Shown here: positions 52,140-60,884 of the stretch, one piece after another
Position numbering within the stretch: the stretch's first letter is position 1
Layout: the number at the start of each line of letters is the position of its first letter
Source of the DNA: a bacterium
GTDB lineage: Bacteria; Zhuqueibacterota; Zhuqueibacteria; Residuimicrobiales; Krinioviventaceae
Length of the DNA: 64,000 bases
Direction: 5' to 3'
Assembly (NCBI GenBank): GCA_963693055.1
Contig: OY843751.1
Span: forward strand, 1,184,001 to 1,248,000
The notes under the pieces: model-generated
Database searches by the model: none
Seen by the model: the letters and a program-made list of their open reading frames with translations, nothing else
Told to the model about the DNA's origin: nothing
Program-made: the position numbers and the translations under genes

Positions 52140-53396
52140 CTACTTTATCAGCAAAATCTTTTGCAAAATACTCTCATTCCCACTTTGCCATTTTACAAAA
52201 TAGACACCACTATGCAGGTCCTTGGGAGTATAGTGTAATGTATAGGTGCCGGGTTTGTGGTATTCGGATTTGAGTGTTTCTATATGCTGTCCTATTACAT
52301 TGTAAACATCCGCGTGTACCATGCCAGGTGAATTCACTTTATACGAGAATACCGTAGACGCGTTAAAGGGATTGGGATAGGCATTGCTCAGTTCAAAGGA
52401 TTGTGGGAGTGCTGTTTCATTTTGGGAAACACCAGTAGTACTGTTGAAAACAATATCGGTGCAGACGGGCAGGTGGTCCGATGCAAGATAGAGGGCATCA
52501 GCTATACTGTCCGCAACGGCCTGGTTGGTACCTCCGTTGATATTGTTATTGAAATGTAGCCCGTCATTGCCAAAGGCTTGATATGATTCAGGGATACAGT
52601 ACCAGTCGCCTGGTTCCATTAAAGCTTTAGATACGAGAATAAAATCAAAGCGGTCATCCATGCCACCACCGGCTCCATCATCTACGCTGGAATAACGGGT
52701 TGACTGGGTATGGTAGGGGGTAACCGAGCGACTGTTGTTGTTATGCCAGGCAACCATGAGATCCACAGGATCATAGCATCTGCCATTGTTGTTTTCCTGC
52801 TCACCAATCAATACCTGGTAGGCTTCTTCCTGTGCGGTGTAGAGGTTGAAATCTCCGGCAACAAAAAAGCAAGCGTCCGATGGAAGTTGGTCCAGTTCTG
52901 CGCGCAAAATCTCTGCTTCGTTTTTGCGTAATAGTCGTGACCTGTCATCGTCACTGGCTTTGAGGTGCAAGGAATAGATGCGCAGCTTGGGCGCGTCTGA
53001 ATTGGTTTTCAAGGTAAACATGTATTCGCTGAAATCACGTAATCCGGATTGGATCTGTCTGTTAGACAAGAGAGAGATTCTGGACTTTTTATAAAACATC
53101 ATATTGTCAGTATCATTGCCATCGACATAAGGAGCATTGCTGTAGGTGTCCGGCATATAATAATTTAATATATCATTTTTAAAATAATCTACACCGCTTT
53201 CAGATGTTAGTTCCTGAATGACCAGCACATCCGGCTGCATTTCGTTCAGTACTTTGCGGAATCCGGGGATACGATTCTGTGCATTGACGTCTGGGAATTT
53301 CAATGTATTCCATGTTGCTATACGCAGGGTATCTTGAGCATTGGCAAATCCAAAACAAAATAATATAATCAGTAACAAAATTTTTTTCATATTCAA
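52140..53396 (-). CDS. Secreted endonuclease/exonuclease/phosphatase (EEP) protein with T9SS-type CTD (start probably ATG 53390)
   Basis: Signal peptide; ATWN, QE, HLKA, GDFN, RFDFIL, SDHLPV; CTD YPNPFN..GVYFV..KILLIK. Confidence 0.88.
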   Translation of the reverse strand: MNMKKILLLIILFCFGFANAQDTLRIATWNTLKFPDVNAQNRIPGFRKVLNEMQPDVLVIQELTSESGVDYFKNDILNYYMPDTYSNAPYVDGNDTDNMMFYKKSRISLLSNRQIQSGLRDFSEYMFTLKTNSDAPKLRIYSLHLKASDDDRSRLLRKNEAEILRAELDQLPSDACFFVAGDFNLYTAQEEAYQVLIGEQENNNGRCYDPVDLMVAWHNNNSRSVTPYHTQSTRYSSVDDGAGGGMDDRFDFILVSKALMEPGDWYCIPESYQAFGNDGLHFNNNINGGTNQAVADSIADALYLASDHLPVCTDIVFNSTTGVSQNETALPQSFELSNAYPNPFNASTVFSYKVNSPGMVHADVYNVIGQHIETLKSEYHKPGTYTLHYTPKDLHSGVYFVKWQSGNESILQKILLIK

Positions 53397-53503
53397 CTCC
53401 AGTTTGATTCTTGAATAATATACAAAATTTTAACCAGTAACCCAAATGTACAATGTGTTTCCGATTTTGCTAAAAAAATTGTATCTTGTAAAAAGGAGAT
53501 TCG

Positions 53504-54193
53504 ATGAAAAAGATACTAGTTTTGTTATTGATTGTTTGTTGGATTGGTTTTGGCTGTAATTCAAATAAAAACAGTGATGTATTGACTTTTATGGATGTAG
53601 GGAGTTCATTGCCTTCAACAAATCCTGATGAATGGCTTATGGCTTTTGTAGATGTAGAGACAACCGGATTGATTCCCGGATATCATGAGATGATTGATAT
53701 CGGTATGGTGATAACGGACCTGGAAGGAAACGTAATTGATAGTATGTTTTGTCTTGTTCAACCGGAACATCCTGAGCGGTTATCTGAGGGTGCCTATGCG
53801 GTTAACGCTTTTGATCCGCAGCTCTGGAATTCAAGAGGAGCATTGTCTTCTAAAGCTGCTGTAGACAGTATCATGTCTTTTCATAATCGGGTTGCGGATG
53901 GAAGGTATGTTTTATTGACGGCATTTAACAGCCAGTTTGATACAGCTTTTATGGACCATCTCTTCAGGTCTTGTGATCATTCATGGCGTGAGTTGTTTCA
54001 TTATATGGTACTCGATGTTCCCTCTATGGCATGGGGACTTGGATTCCGGGATATCAGACCCTATACTTTGATGGAAAAATATAATGTGACGGATGAGCCA
54101 CATGTTGCAAAAGATCATACCGGAATAACTGGTGCTATGTTAAATGTTCGAATTTATCAGGCGATTATTTATCATTTAGAGCATATTCATTAA
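53504..54193 (+). CDS. DEDDh (DnaQ-like) 3'-5' exonuclease family protein with lipoprotein signal
   Basis: VDVETTGL, EMIDIG, FNSQFD; MKKILVLLLIVCWIGFGC lipobox; AAGGAG RBS. Confidence 0.8.
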   Translation: MKKILVLLLIVCWIGFGCNSNKNSDVLTFMDVGSSLPSTNPDEWLMAFVDVETTGLIPGYHEMIDIGMVITDLEGNVIDSMFCLVQPEHPERLSEGAYAVNAFDPQLWNSRGALSSKAAVDSIMSFHNRVADGRYVLLTAFNSQFDTAFMDHLFRSCDHSWRELFHYMVLDVPSMAWGLGFRDIRPYTLMEKYNVTDEPHVAKDHTGITGAMLNVRIYQAIIYHLEHIH

Positions 54194-54201
54194 ATTTACT
54201 G

Positions 54202-54356
54202 TTGACTCGTAAGTTAAAAATGTTAAATTGAATTGTTGAAAATGATGTGACCCCGCTGATATGAGATTAAGATTTTCTTAATTGTGGCTTAATATTGCCT
54301 TAAATCCTAGTCCTTAAAATTAAATCTTGAATTATGAAAATTTTGTGTTTTATAAT
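54202..54356 (+). promoter_or_regulatory. Two candidate sigma70 promoters upstream of the 54393 operon
   Basis: TTGACT-N16-TAAATT with TG extension (54202-54229) and TTGAAT-N18-TATAAT (54327-54356). Confidence 0.35.
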
Positions 54357-54392
54357 TTCCTGCAATTGTTCACTTAAACGATATAGAAAAGT

Positions 54393-56654
54393 ATGAAATT
54401 AAGTAATGTTGTTATCCTGAATTTATTACTAGTAGTTACTACCGGGTTATTCTCTCAAGCACCAACGCGCCCCTCATATATCCCAAAAGATCTGAAAAAA
54501 GTAGATGTCGATGATTACTGGCATTATCATGATGTTGGTAACCTGGGTTTATCTATTACCAATTATGGTGTATTGGGTGAAGGATATAATAATCCTGATC
54601 AGCCGTCTTGTATGTATCAGTTGAATACGGATAATATGAGAAAGCAGATTGAGCACATGTCATATGGTGGTCTGTGGATTGGTGGTCGTGGTGGTAACGA
54701 TGGTGCTGTACACGTTTCAACCGCAATCATAGATGGTGTGTTTGAAGCGGGAGAAGAAGGTTTTGAATTTACCAACACCAGCGATACCGGAGATACTATT
54801 CGGGTCCGTTCTTCCATACCAACATCTCCGTCTTTTGATCCGCAGGCTGTTTCACATCAGGACTTTATTTGTGATTTTACAGATGTGAATACAGTAGTGC
54901 CGGGGTCTGATTTTGAGATCCCCAATCACAATCCTCTTGGTTTGATGGTCCATCAGGAATCTTATGCCTGGAATTTTTCTTATACCGACGCATTTATCAT
55001 TTTAAATTATACAATTACCAATATTAACAGTTCTCCCATAACTGATATTTATGCTGGATTTTGGGCTGATGCTGCAATTGGTAATATGAATTATACCAGT
55101 ATTTATGAACCCGGTGGCGGTTGGTCCTGGTATGATAATATGAATGGTTTTGATGATGATTACAAGATGGCGTTTCAGTATGATGATGATGGTGATGATG
55201 GTTTTGCAGAGAGCTATTTTGGTATCCGGTATTTGGGTTCTTCTGGTTCACAGGATGATATCCTGGTTACATATGACCAATGGCAATGGTCTTCACCTTC
55301 AAGTCTTGCGTTCCCGGATTATGTAATGCCCATTGATGATGAAGGGCGATATGAAGTTATGCAGGGCCGTCATATTGGTAAATACCACAATGCGGTAACA
55401 GCAGGCGGGTATCCTACGGATCCATTAGAAGCCGCAAGCTGGATGCTTGTATTATCCGCGGGCACGTTAGGAGATCTTGATCCCGGTGAGTCATTGACAT
55501 TTACATTTGCCATTGTTTGTGGTGAATGGGCAAATAAAGATGAATTAGATAACGCGGAACGTCGCGCTAAATTGCGTTTGAATTCGGATTGGGCGCAGAT
55601 CGCTTATAATGGAGAAGATGTGGATGGCGATGGAAAACTTGATCCCGATGAAGATGTAAATGCCAATGGTGTTCTTGATCCCGAAGAAGATGAATATAGA
55701 GCTGATCTGGATTTGAACGGTAATGGTATTTGGGATCCGGGTGAAGAGATTTTTGGTGATGGCGATGGGATATTGGATATTGAAGAAGATGTTTATGCCA
55801 ACACTCTTAAAGGTATTATTGCCGGTAATGGAATTATTGACAGATTTATTCTTCCCAGTCCGCCTCCATCTCCGAACCTTAAAGTGATTCCCGGTGAAGG
55901 CAAAGTTACATTATATTGGGATAATGCCAGCGAGGAATATGAAGACCCAATAACTCGTGAAAAAGATTTTGAAGGATACAAGATTTATAGCGCTCCCAAA
56001 ACTGCCGGTAGTGAAGAAGACGAAACCATTCTTGCCCAGTTTGATAAAATAAATAATCTGGGTTATGACACCGGTTTTGAATTGATTAAAGTTGATACTG
56101 TAATTGATGGAAAAACATATAATTACAGATTTACCAATTCTAACCTTTTGAATGGTTGGCCTACCGAGTATTGGTACAGTGTTACCGCATTCGATTCAGG
56201 AAATCCTGACAATAATCTTCCCAGTTTAGAGAGCTCAATCCTCGAAAATAAAGTTTATGCAATCCCCGGTTCTAATCCTGCACAATCCAAAATGCGTCAG
56301 ATCACAGTATTTCCCAATCCTTACAAAGCAAATGCAATGTGGGATGGTAGTGGAGATCGTGATCGTATGCTTTGGTTTGCAAATTTACCGGAACGTTGTA
56401 CAATACGTATTTACACAATGGCTGGTGATTTGGTTGATGAAATTGACCATGATGGCGCCACCTATGACGGTGATGATGTTCAGCTCATGTCTGATCGAAT
56501 TGCCGGTAACAATACAGTCCTATCAGGCGGTATGCACGCCTGGGATCTGATCTCAACACATGATCAGGCAATAGCTACCGGTCTCTATATTTACAGTGTT
56601 GAAGATTTAGATACCGGTGACACGCAGGTAAGCAAGTTTGTAATTATAAAATAG
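54393..56654 (+). CDS. Secreted hypothetical protein with acidic Ca-binding-like repeats, FN3-like domain and CTD-like end
   Basis: Signal peptide; PPPSP..VTLYWD..DFEGYKIY..YSVTAFD; VFPNPY..IRIYT..GLYIY..KFVIIK. Confidence 0.75.
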   Translation: MKLSNVVILNLLLVVTTGLFSQAPTRPSYIPKDLKKVDVDDYWHYHDVGNLGLSITNYGVLGEGYNNPDQPSCMYQLNTDNMRKQIEHMSYGGLWIGGRGGNDGAVHVSTAIIDGVFEAGEEGFEFTNTSDTGDTIRVRSSIPTSPSFDPQAVSHQDFICDFTDVNTVVPGSDFEIPNHNPLGLMVHQESYAWNFSYTDAFIILNYTITNINSSPITDIYAGFWADAAIGNMNYTSIYEPGGGWSWYDNMNGFDDDYKMAFQYDDDGDDGFAESYFGIRYLGSSGSQDDILVTYDQWQWSSPSSLAFPDYVMPIDDEGRYEVMQGRHIGKYHNAVTAGGYPTDPLEAASWMLVLSAGTLGDLDPGESLTFTFAIVCGEWANKDELDNAERRAKLRLNSDWAQIAYNGEDVDGDGKLDPDEDVNANGVLDPEEDEYRADLDLNGNGIWDPGEEIFGDGDGILDIEEDVYANTLKGIIAGNGIIDRFILPSPPPSPNLKVIPGEGKVTLYWDNASEEYEDPITREKDFEGYKIYSAPKTAGSEEDETILAQFDKINNLGYDTGFELIKVDTVIDGKTYNYRFTNSNLLNGWPTEYWYSVTAFDSGNPDNNLPSLESSILENKVYAIPGSNPAQSKMRQITVFPNPYKANAMWDGSGDRDRMLWFANLPERCTIRIYTMAGDLVDEIDHDGATYDGDDVQLMSDRIAGNNTVLSGGMHAWDLISTHDQAIATGLYIYSVEDLDTGDTQVSKFVIIK

Positions 56655-56682
56655 TTTAATCATTTAACGAAAGGAGCACTCT

Positions 56683-59310
56683 TTGAAAAAGTTGTTATTA
56701 GTACTCTTGATGGTTGGATGCCTTGCCGGTGTAACTATGGCACAGGTAACCCCAATTCATGACATTCAGTATACAGAAGACGAAAGTGGTGATTCTCCAC
56801 TGGCAGGTCAGACTGTTACTATTTCCGGTATTGTAACCGGTGAACCTGGTGCGTTTGGCAGCAGCTATTATGTTCAGGATGCTGAAGGCCCCTGGAATGG
56901 TATCATGGTTTATGATGGTGGCCGTGAAGTTGCTGAAGGTGATTCTGTAACTTTGACCGCTGAAGTTAGCGAGTATCATAACCTTACTGAACTTTCAAAT
57001 GTAACCGAGTTTACAATTGAAAAAGAAGGTGTATTTGGAATTAATCCCGATACTTTGACTACTGCTGAAGCTTCTACAGAAGCTTATGAAGGCTGTTTGG
57101 TTACTGTAGAAAACCTGACCATTTCTAACAATGATTTGGGATATGGTGAATGGGAAGTAGATGATGGCTCTGGTCCATGTGTTGTTGACAATGTAGCAGA
57201 TTATTATTTTGATCCTACTACAGCTACCGAAGTTGCTTCTATTACCGGTCTTATTGGTTATGATTATGGTGCATACAAAATCAGACCACGTTTGGCTTTT
57301 GATGTTGTTGAAGCTGGTGACTATACCCGTATTCAACGTATTCAGCAAGTACGTCAGAGCGACCTTGAAAAAGCTCCTTACGACAATACATCTGACATCA
57401 GCTATCTCGATGGAGATACATTGAAAATTAAAGGTATTGTTACTATGCCTACCGGTTTGAGTTATGCAGGTGACGGTATCAAATTTATCATCAGTGAACC
57501 CGACGGTGGTCCATGGTCTGCTGTTTTATCATACAATGCAGATTCTACAGCTTATCCACAGTTGTTCGAAGGTGATGAAATTGAAATGTCTGGTTATATT
57601 GGTGAATATTCCACCAGCCCCAGTAACATGACTGAATTCTGGATTACCAGTCCTATTAATATTTTGAGCATTGGTAATGAATTGCCAGAACCCGATTCTA
57701 TTGCTACAGGTGATTTGCGTTGGCCCACCACTGCAGAACAATGGGGCAATGTAATTGTTCAGGTTGGTAATGCAGTTGTAGATAATGTAACCCCGCAGTA
57801 TGAATTGTTCTCTGTAAATGATGGAACAGGTAGTGTATTGGTTGATGATGATTCTGACAGCCTTGCAAATTACGAAGACCCACCATTGGGCGCAATTGCA
57901 GAATATCTCTCTGGTTGGGTTTATCACCATTATGGTAGTTATGCAGACTCTACTGCTTATAAACTTGAACCTCTGTATGTAGGTGATATTGTTTGGGGCG
58001 CTGGTCCTCCTTCTGTAAAAAACACAGTACGTAGTATTGCTGCTCCTACAACACAAGATGATGTAGATGTAACAACTGAAGTTCAAACCAACCTTACTAT
58101 AGCCCAGGCTACCCTGAGTTATAATGTAGATGGTGGTGATTATACTGATGTTGCAATGACTGACAATGGTGATGGTACCTGGACAGGTACAATCCCTGCA
58201 CAAGCTGAAGGTGCTTATGTTAGTTATTACGTAACAGCAACTGATGATGAAGAACAGTCAACAACTGATCCTGCTGAACCTACCAGATTGAATTACAGCT
58301 ATACTTCAACAGATGCTGCATTAACAATTGCTGATTTGCAAAATACTCCATGGGAAATTGCTGACAGTCCTTATAACGGTTACGAAGTAGAGGTTTCCGG
58401 TTTTGTAACTGCTGGTGATGCATTCCTGGGTATCTATGAAGGTTTTGTAATTCAGGATATGACCGGTGCATGGAACGGTGTATATGTTTTCGATCAAACT
58501 GCTGATGATGTTAGCTTGCCGGCACTTAATGTTGGCGACTTTGTAATTGTAAGTGGTACTGTAAGTGATTATAATCCTGATTATCATTACAAATGGGACA
58601 ATAATACTGTAATTCTTGCAGACAGTGTAAAGAAACTGATTTCTAAAACTGCTTCTGAAATGCCAGAACCTGTCGTTGTTTCTACAGGTGATCTTGCTGA
58701 TGACGCTGATACTGCAGAACAATGGGAAGGTGTATTGACACGCGTTGAAGATGTAACTGTTAGCAGTGTTAATTCTTATGATTTTTCTGTAACAGATGGC
58801 TCTGGCGAATGTCGTATCGACGATGATGGTGTTGAAGATACTGTACTTGAAATCAATTCTGATGACGCCTATGTTGTTGTGAATGGAACAGATACACTTC
58901 GCGTTGGTGATGTTATTAGTGGTATTCAAGGTGTATTTACCTTTAGCTTTGGAACCTTTAAAATTGAAGTACGCGACGTAAATGATATGGGTGTAACAAC
59001 CGGTGTTAATGATGACTTTGTAGCTGCTCCATTGGCATACAATTTGGGTCAGAATTATCCCAACCCGTTCAACCCTGAAACCCGTATTTACTTTACTTTG
59101 CCACATACCCAGAATACACAAATTGTAATTTACAATGTTATGGGTCAGCAAGTACGTACATTGGTTGATCAGCAGTACCAAGCTGGACAACATGTTGTGA
59201 ACTGGAATGGCTTGAACAATGCCGGCCTCAAAGTTCCTTCCGGTGTATATTTCTACAGAATCGTTGCCGGTGATTTTGTAGCTACCAAAAAAATGATGAT
59301 GTTGAAATAA
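56683..59310 (+). CDS. Secreted multi-OB-fold (YhcR/ExeM-like) protein with T9SS/FlgD-Ig CTD
   Basis: Three repeated units (I..IQ, V.GIVT, QD..G.W.G..V, GD.V...G.V.EY, E..EG.L, V.DGSG); CTD QNYPNPFNP..SGVYFY..KKMMMLK; TTG start with AAGGAG. Confidence 0.75.
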   Translation: MKKLLLVLLMVGCLAGVTMAQVTPIHDIQYTEDESGDSPLAGQTVTISGIVTGEPGAFGSSYYVQDAEGPWNGIMVYDGGREVAEGDSVTLTAEVSEYHNLTELSNVTEFTIEKEGVFGINPDTLTTAEASTEAYEGCLVTVENLTISNNDLGYGEWEVDDGSGPCVVDNVADYYFDPTTATEVASITGLIGYDYGAYKIRPRLAFDVVEAGDYTRIQRIQQVRQSDLEKAPYDNTSDISYLDGDTLKIKGIVTMPTGLSYAGDGIKFIISEPDGGPWSAVLSYNADSTAYPQLFEGDEIEMSGYIGEYSTSPSNMTEFWITSPINILSIGNELPEPDSIATGDLRWPTTAEQWGNVIVQVGNAVVDNVTPQYELFSVNDGTGSVLVDDDSDSLANYEDPPLGAIAEYLSGWVYHHYGSYADSTAYKLEPLYVGDIVWGAGPPSVKNTVRSIAAPTTQDDVDVTTEVQTNLTIAQATLSYNVDGGDYTDVAMTDNGDGTWTGTIPAQAEGAYVSYYVTATDDEEQSTTDPAEPTRLNYSYTSTDAALTIADLQNTPWEIADSPYNGYEVEVSGFVTAGDAFLGIYEGFVIQDMTGAWNGVYVFDQTADDVSLPALNVGDFVIVSGTVSDYNPDYHYKWDNNTVILADSVKKLISKTASEMPEPVVVSTGDLADDADTAEQWEGVLTRVEDVTVSSVNSYDFSVTDGSGECRIDDDGVEDTVLEINSDDAYVVVNGTDTLRVGDVISGIQGVFTFSFGTFKIEVRDVNDMGVTTGVNDDFVAAPLAYNLGQNYPNPFNPETRIYFTLPHTQNTQIVIYNVMGQQVRTLVDQQYQAGQHVVNWNGLNNAGLKVPSGVYFYRIVAGDFVATKKMMMLK

Positions 59311-59317
59311 TAAATTT

Positions 59318-59344
59318 TGCCTCCCGGATTTTTTCCGGGAGGCA
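59318..59344. other. Strong intra-operon hairpin without U-tract
   Basis: TGCCTCCCGGA-TTTTT-TCCGGGAGGCA, 11-bp perfect stem. Confidence 0.75.
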
Positions 59345-59362
59345 TATAACCTGATAAAGCAA

Positions 59363-60877
59363 ATGAGACCGTTTAGATACTATATATTATTAGCCATAGT
59401 TTTTCTTGTTGCTGTGCAATGCAGTATAAAAGACCCTTTTGGGGATGAAAAAGATTCTCAATTGTTAGAGAATCAACCACCTGAAACCCATCTTTATCTT
59501 TTTGTTGATCAACAACAGATCACACAGTTTGATACGGTGCAGGCAGGTGATACAACTCAAATTATTCCCAAAACCTATACCACTGGAATTGATACCACCC
59601 CTAGTAAGCAAATTGTGCACTGGTGGGGAGATGACCCTGATGGTCAGGTCGTTGGTTATTATTATCAATGGGATTATGAGACCGAACCCACTTTTACTAC
59701 AGCAGAATATGATACGTTTTATGTCCCTATTCAAAGCAGTTATGATGAATTTGAAATCAAAGTGTGGGCTGTTGATAATGAGAATCTGTCTGACCCTTCT
59801 CCGGCAGTACTGATCTATCCCGTATTTAATACTCCGCCTGAAATTGCATTTAGGTTGGGTAGTAATCCGTCGGTCAGTAATAATCCGGAAGTAACTGCAT
59901 ACACATTCCCAACAAGAACATTTGTATGGGAGGCGTTTGATGATGATGGTAGAGAAACCATTACCAATATTTATTACGCCCTGGATGATACAACCACCTG
60001 GATTGCATTACCTGGTGATGAAACACAAATAACCTTGCGTGAACTTGAGCCTGGTGAGCATCGGTTCTTTGTTAAAGCACAGGATATTTCGGGTAAATTC
60101 AGTAATGTCGTTTCTTTCCCTGATCCTGATGATGATAATGTACCGCATCGTTGGGAAGTTCAGCCCGTACAAGGCTCTGTTTTACTTGTTAATGATTTTG
60201 CTCAAGATCAAAACCTCTATGAAGTACAAAATTTTTATACCGATATTTTGGATGAACTTTTAGGCTCTGATGGATATTCAGTTTGGGAGATCGGTACGGA
60301 TAATACACCGGTTGTGAATCCTGAAAATGCGATTCCATATTCTTCCATAGATATTGAAGCAAACTTGTCATATTTTGATAAAGTGATTTGGTTCTCGCAT
60401 TTGGGTAGACCCAGTTTAACAAGTGCCGGTTTGTCTATTACAAAGTTTATGAGTACTGGCGGTGGAATATTGATTACCAATGGTAATGAAGAAACCCCTG
60501 ATACAACATGGACTTTTACCAGTATTGATTCCGTATATCGTTTGAATCCGGGTGGACGTTTGCTACCGGGTATTGATATTCTTGCCTCATTTGGCAGCGA
60601 TAATGATGATGCTTATGATCTGAATCTGGGGCAGCTGGTTGGTAACCGCGTTTCGGCATTGATTCCCGGTTCCGATGCGGATGTAGTGTATTCAATGCAA
60701 CCCGATTCAACAGCATCGGTAACTGTTCCTTATACAGGGTCACCACCTGTTGGTATTCGATATCGGATAGGAAGCGGAGAATCGATCTATTTTTCATTGC
60801 CGTTACATTATTGTTTTGGTAATGATAACATGACAGACGTTCTAAGGTATATACTGTTTGAAGAATTTGAAAATTGA
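59363..60877 (+). CDS. Hypothetical lipoprotein with two Ig/FN3-like repeats
   Basis: Lipobox VAVQC; repeats N.PPE..W...D.DG....YY..V.A.D. Confidence 0.7.
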   Translation: MRPFRYYILLAIVFLVAVQCSIKDPFGDEKDSQLLENQPPETHLYLFVDQQQITQFDTVQAGDTTQIIPKTYTTGIDTTPSKQIVHWWGDDPDGQVVGYYYQWDYETEPTFTTAEYDTFYVPIQSSYDEFEIKVWAVDNENLSDPSPAVLIYPVFNTPPEIAFRLGSNPSVSNNPEVTAYTFPTRTFVWEAFDDDGRETITNIYYALDDTTTWIALPGDETQITLRELEPGEHRFFVKAQDISGKFSNVVSFPDPDDDNVPHRWEVQPVQGSVLLVNDFAQDQNLYEVQNFYTDILDELLGSDGYSVWEIGTDNTPVVNPENAIPYSSIDIEANLSYFDKVIWFSHLGRPSLTSAGLSITKFMSTGGGILITNGNEETPDTTWTFTSIDSVYRLNPGGRLLPGIDILASFGSDNDDAYDLNLGQLVGNRVSALIPGSDADVVYSMQPDSTASVTVPYTGSPPVGIRYRIGSGESIYFSLPLHYCFGNDNMTDVLRYILFEEFEN

Positions 60878-60884
60878 TATAAAT

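Noticed and set aside
52140-54193. EEP + DEDDh nuclease pair as a phage-defence system
   Set aside because: Both carry export signals, and no defence-associated ATPase, methylase or cas genes are nearby
55150-55202. GAT-rich tandem pattern (poly-His or poly-Met in other frames)
   Set aside because: Simply encodes Asp-rich sequence in the 54393 frame; not a repeat element or CRISPR array
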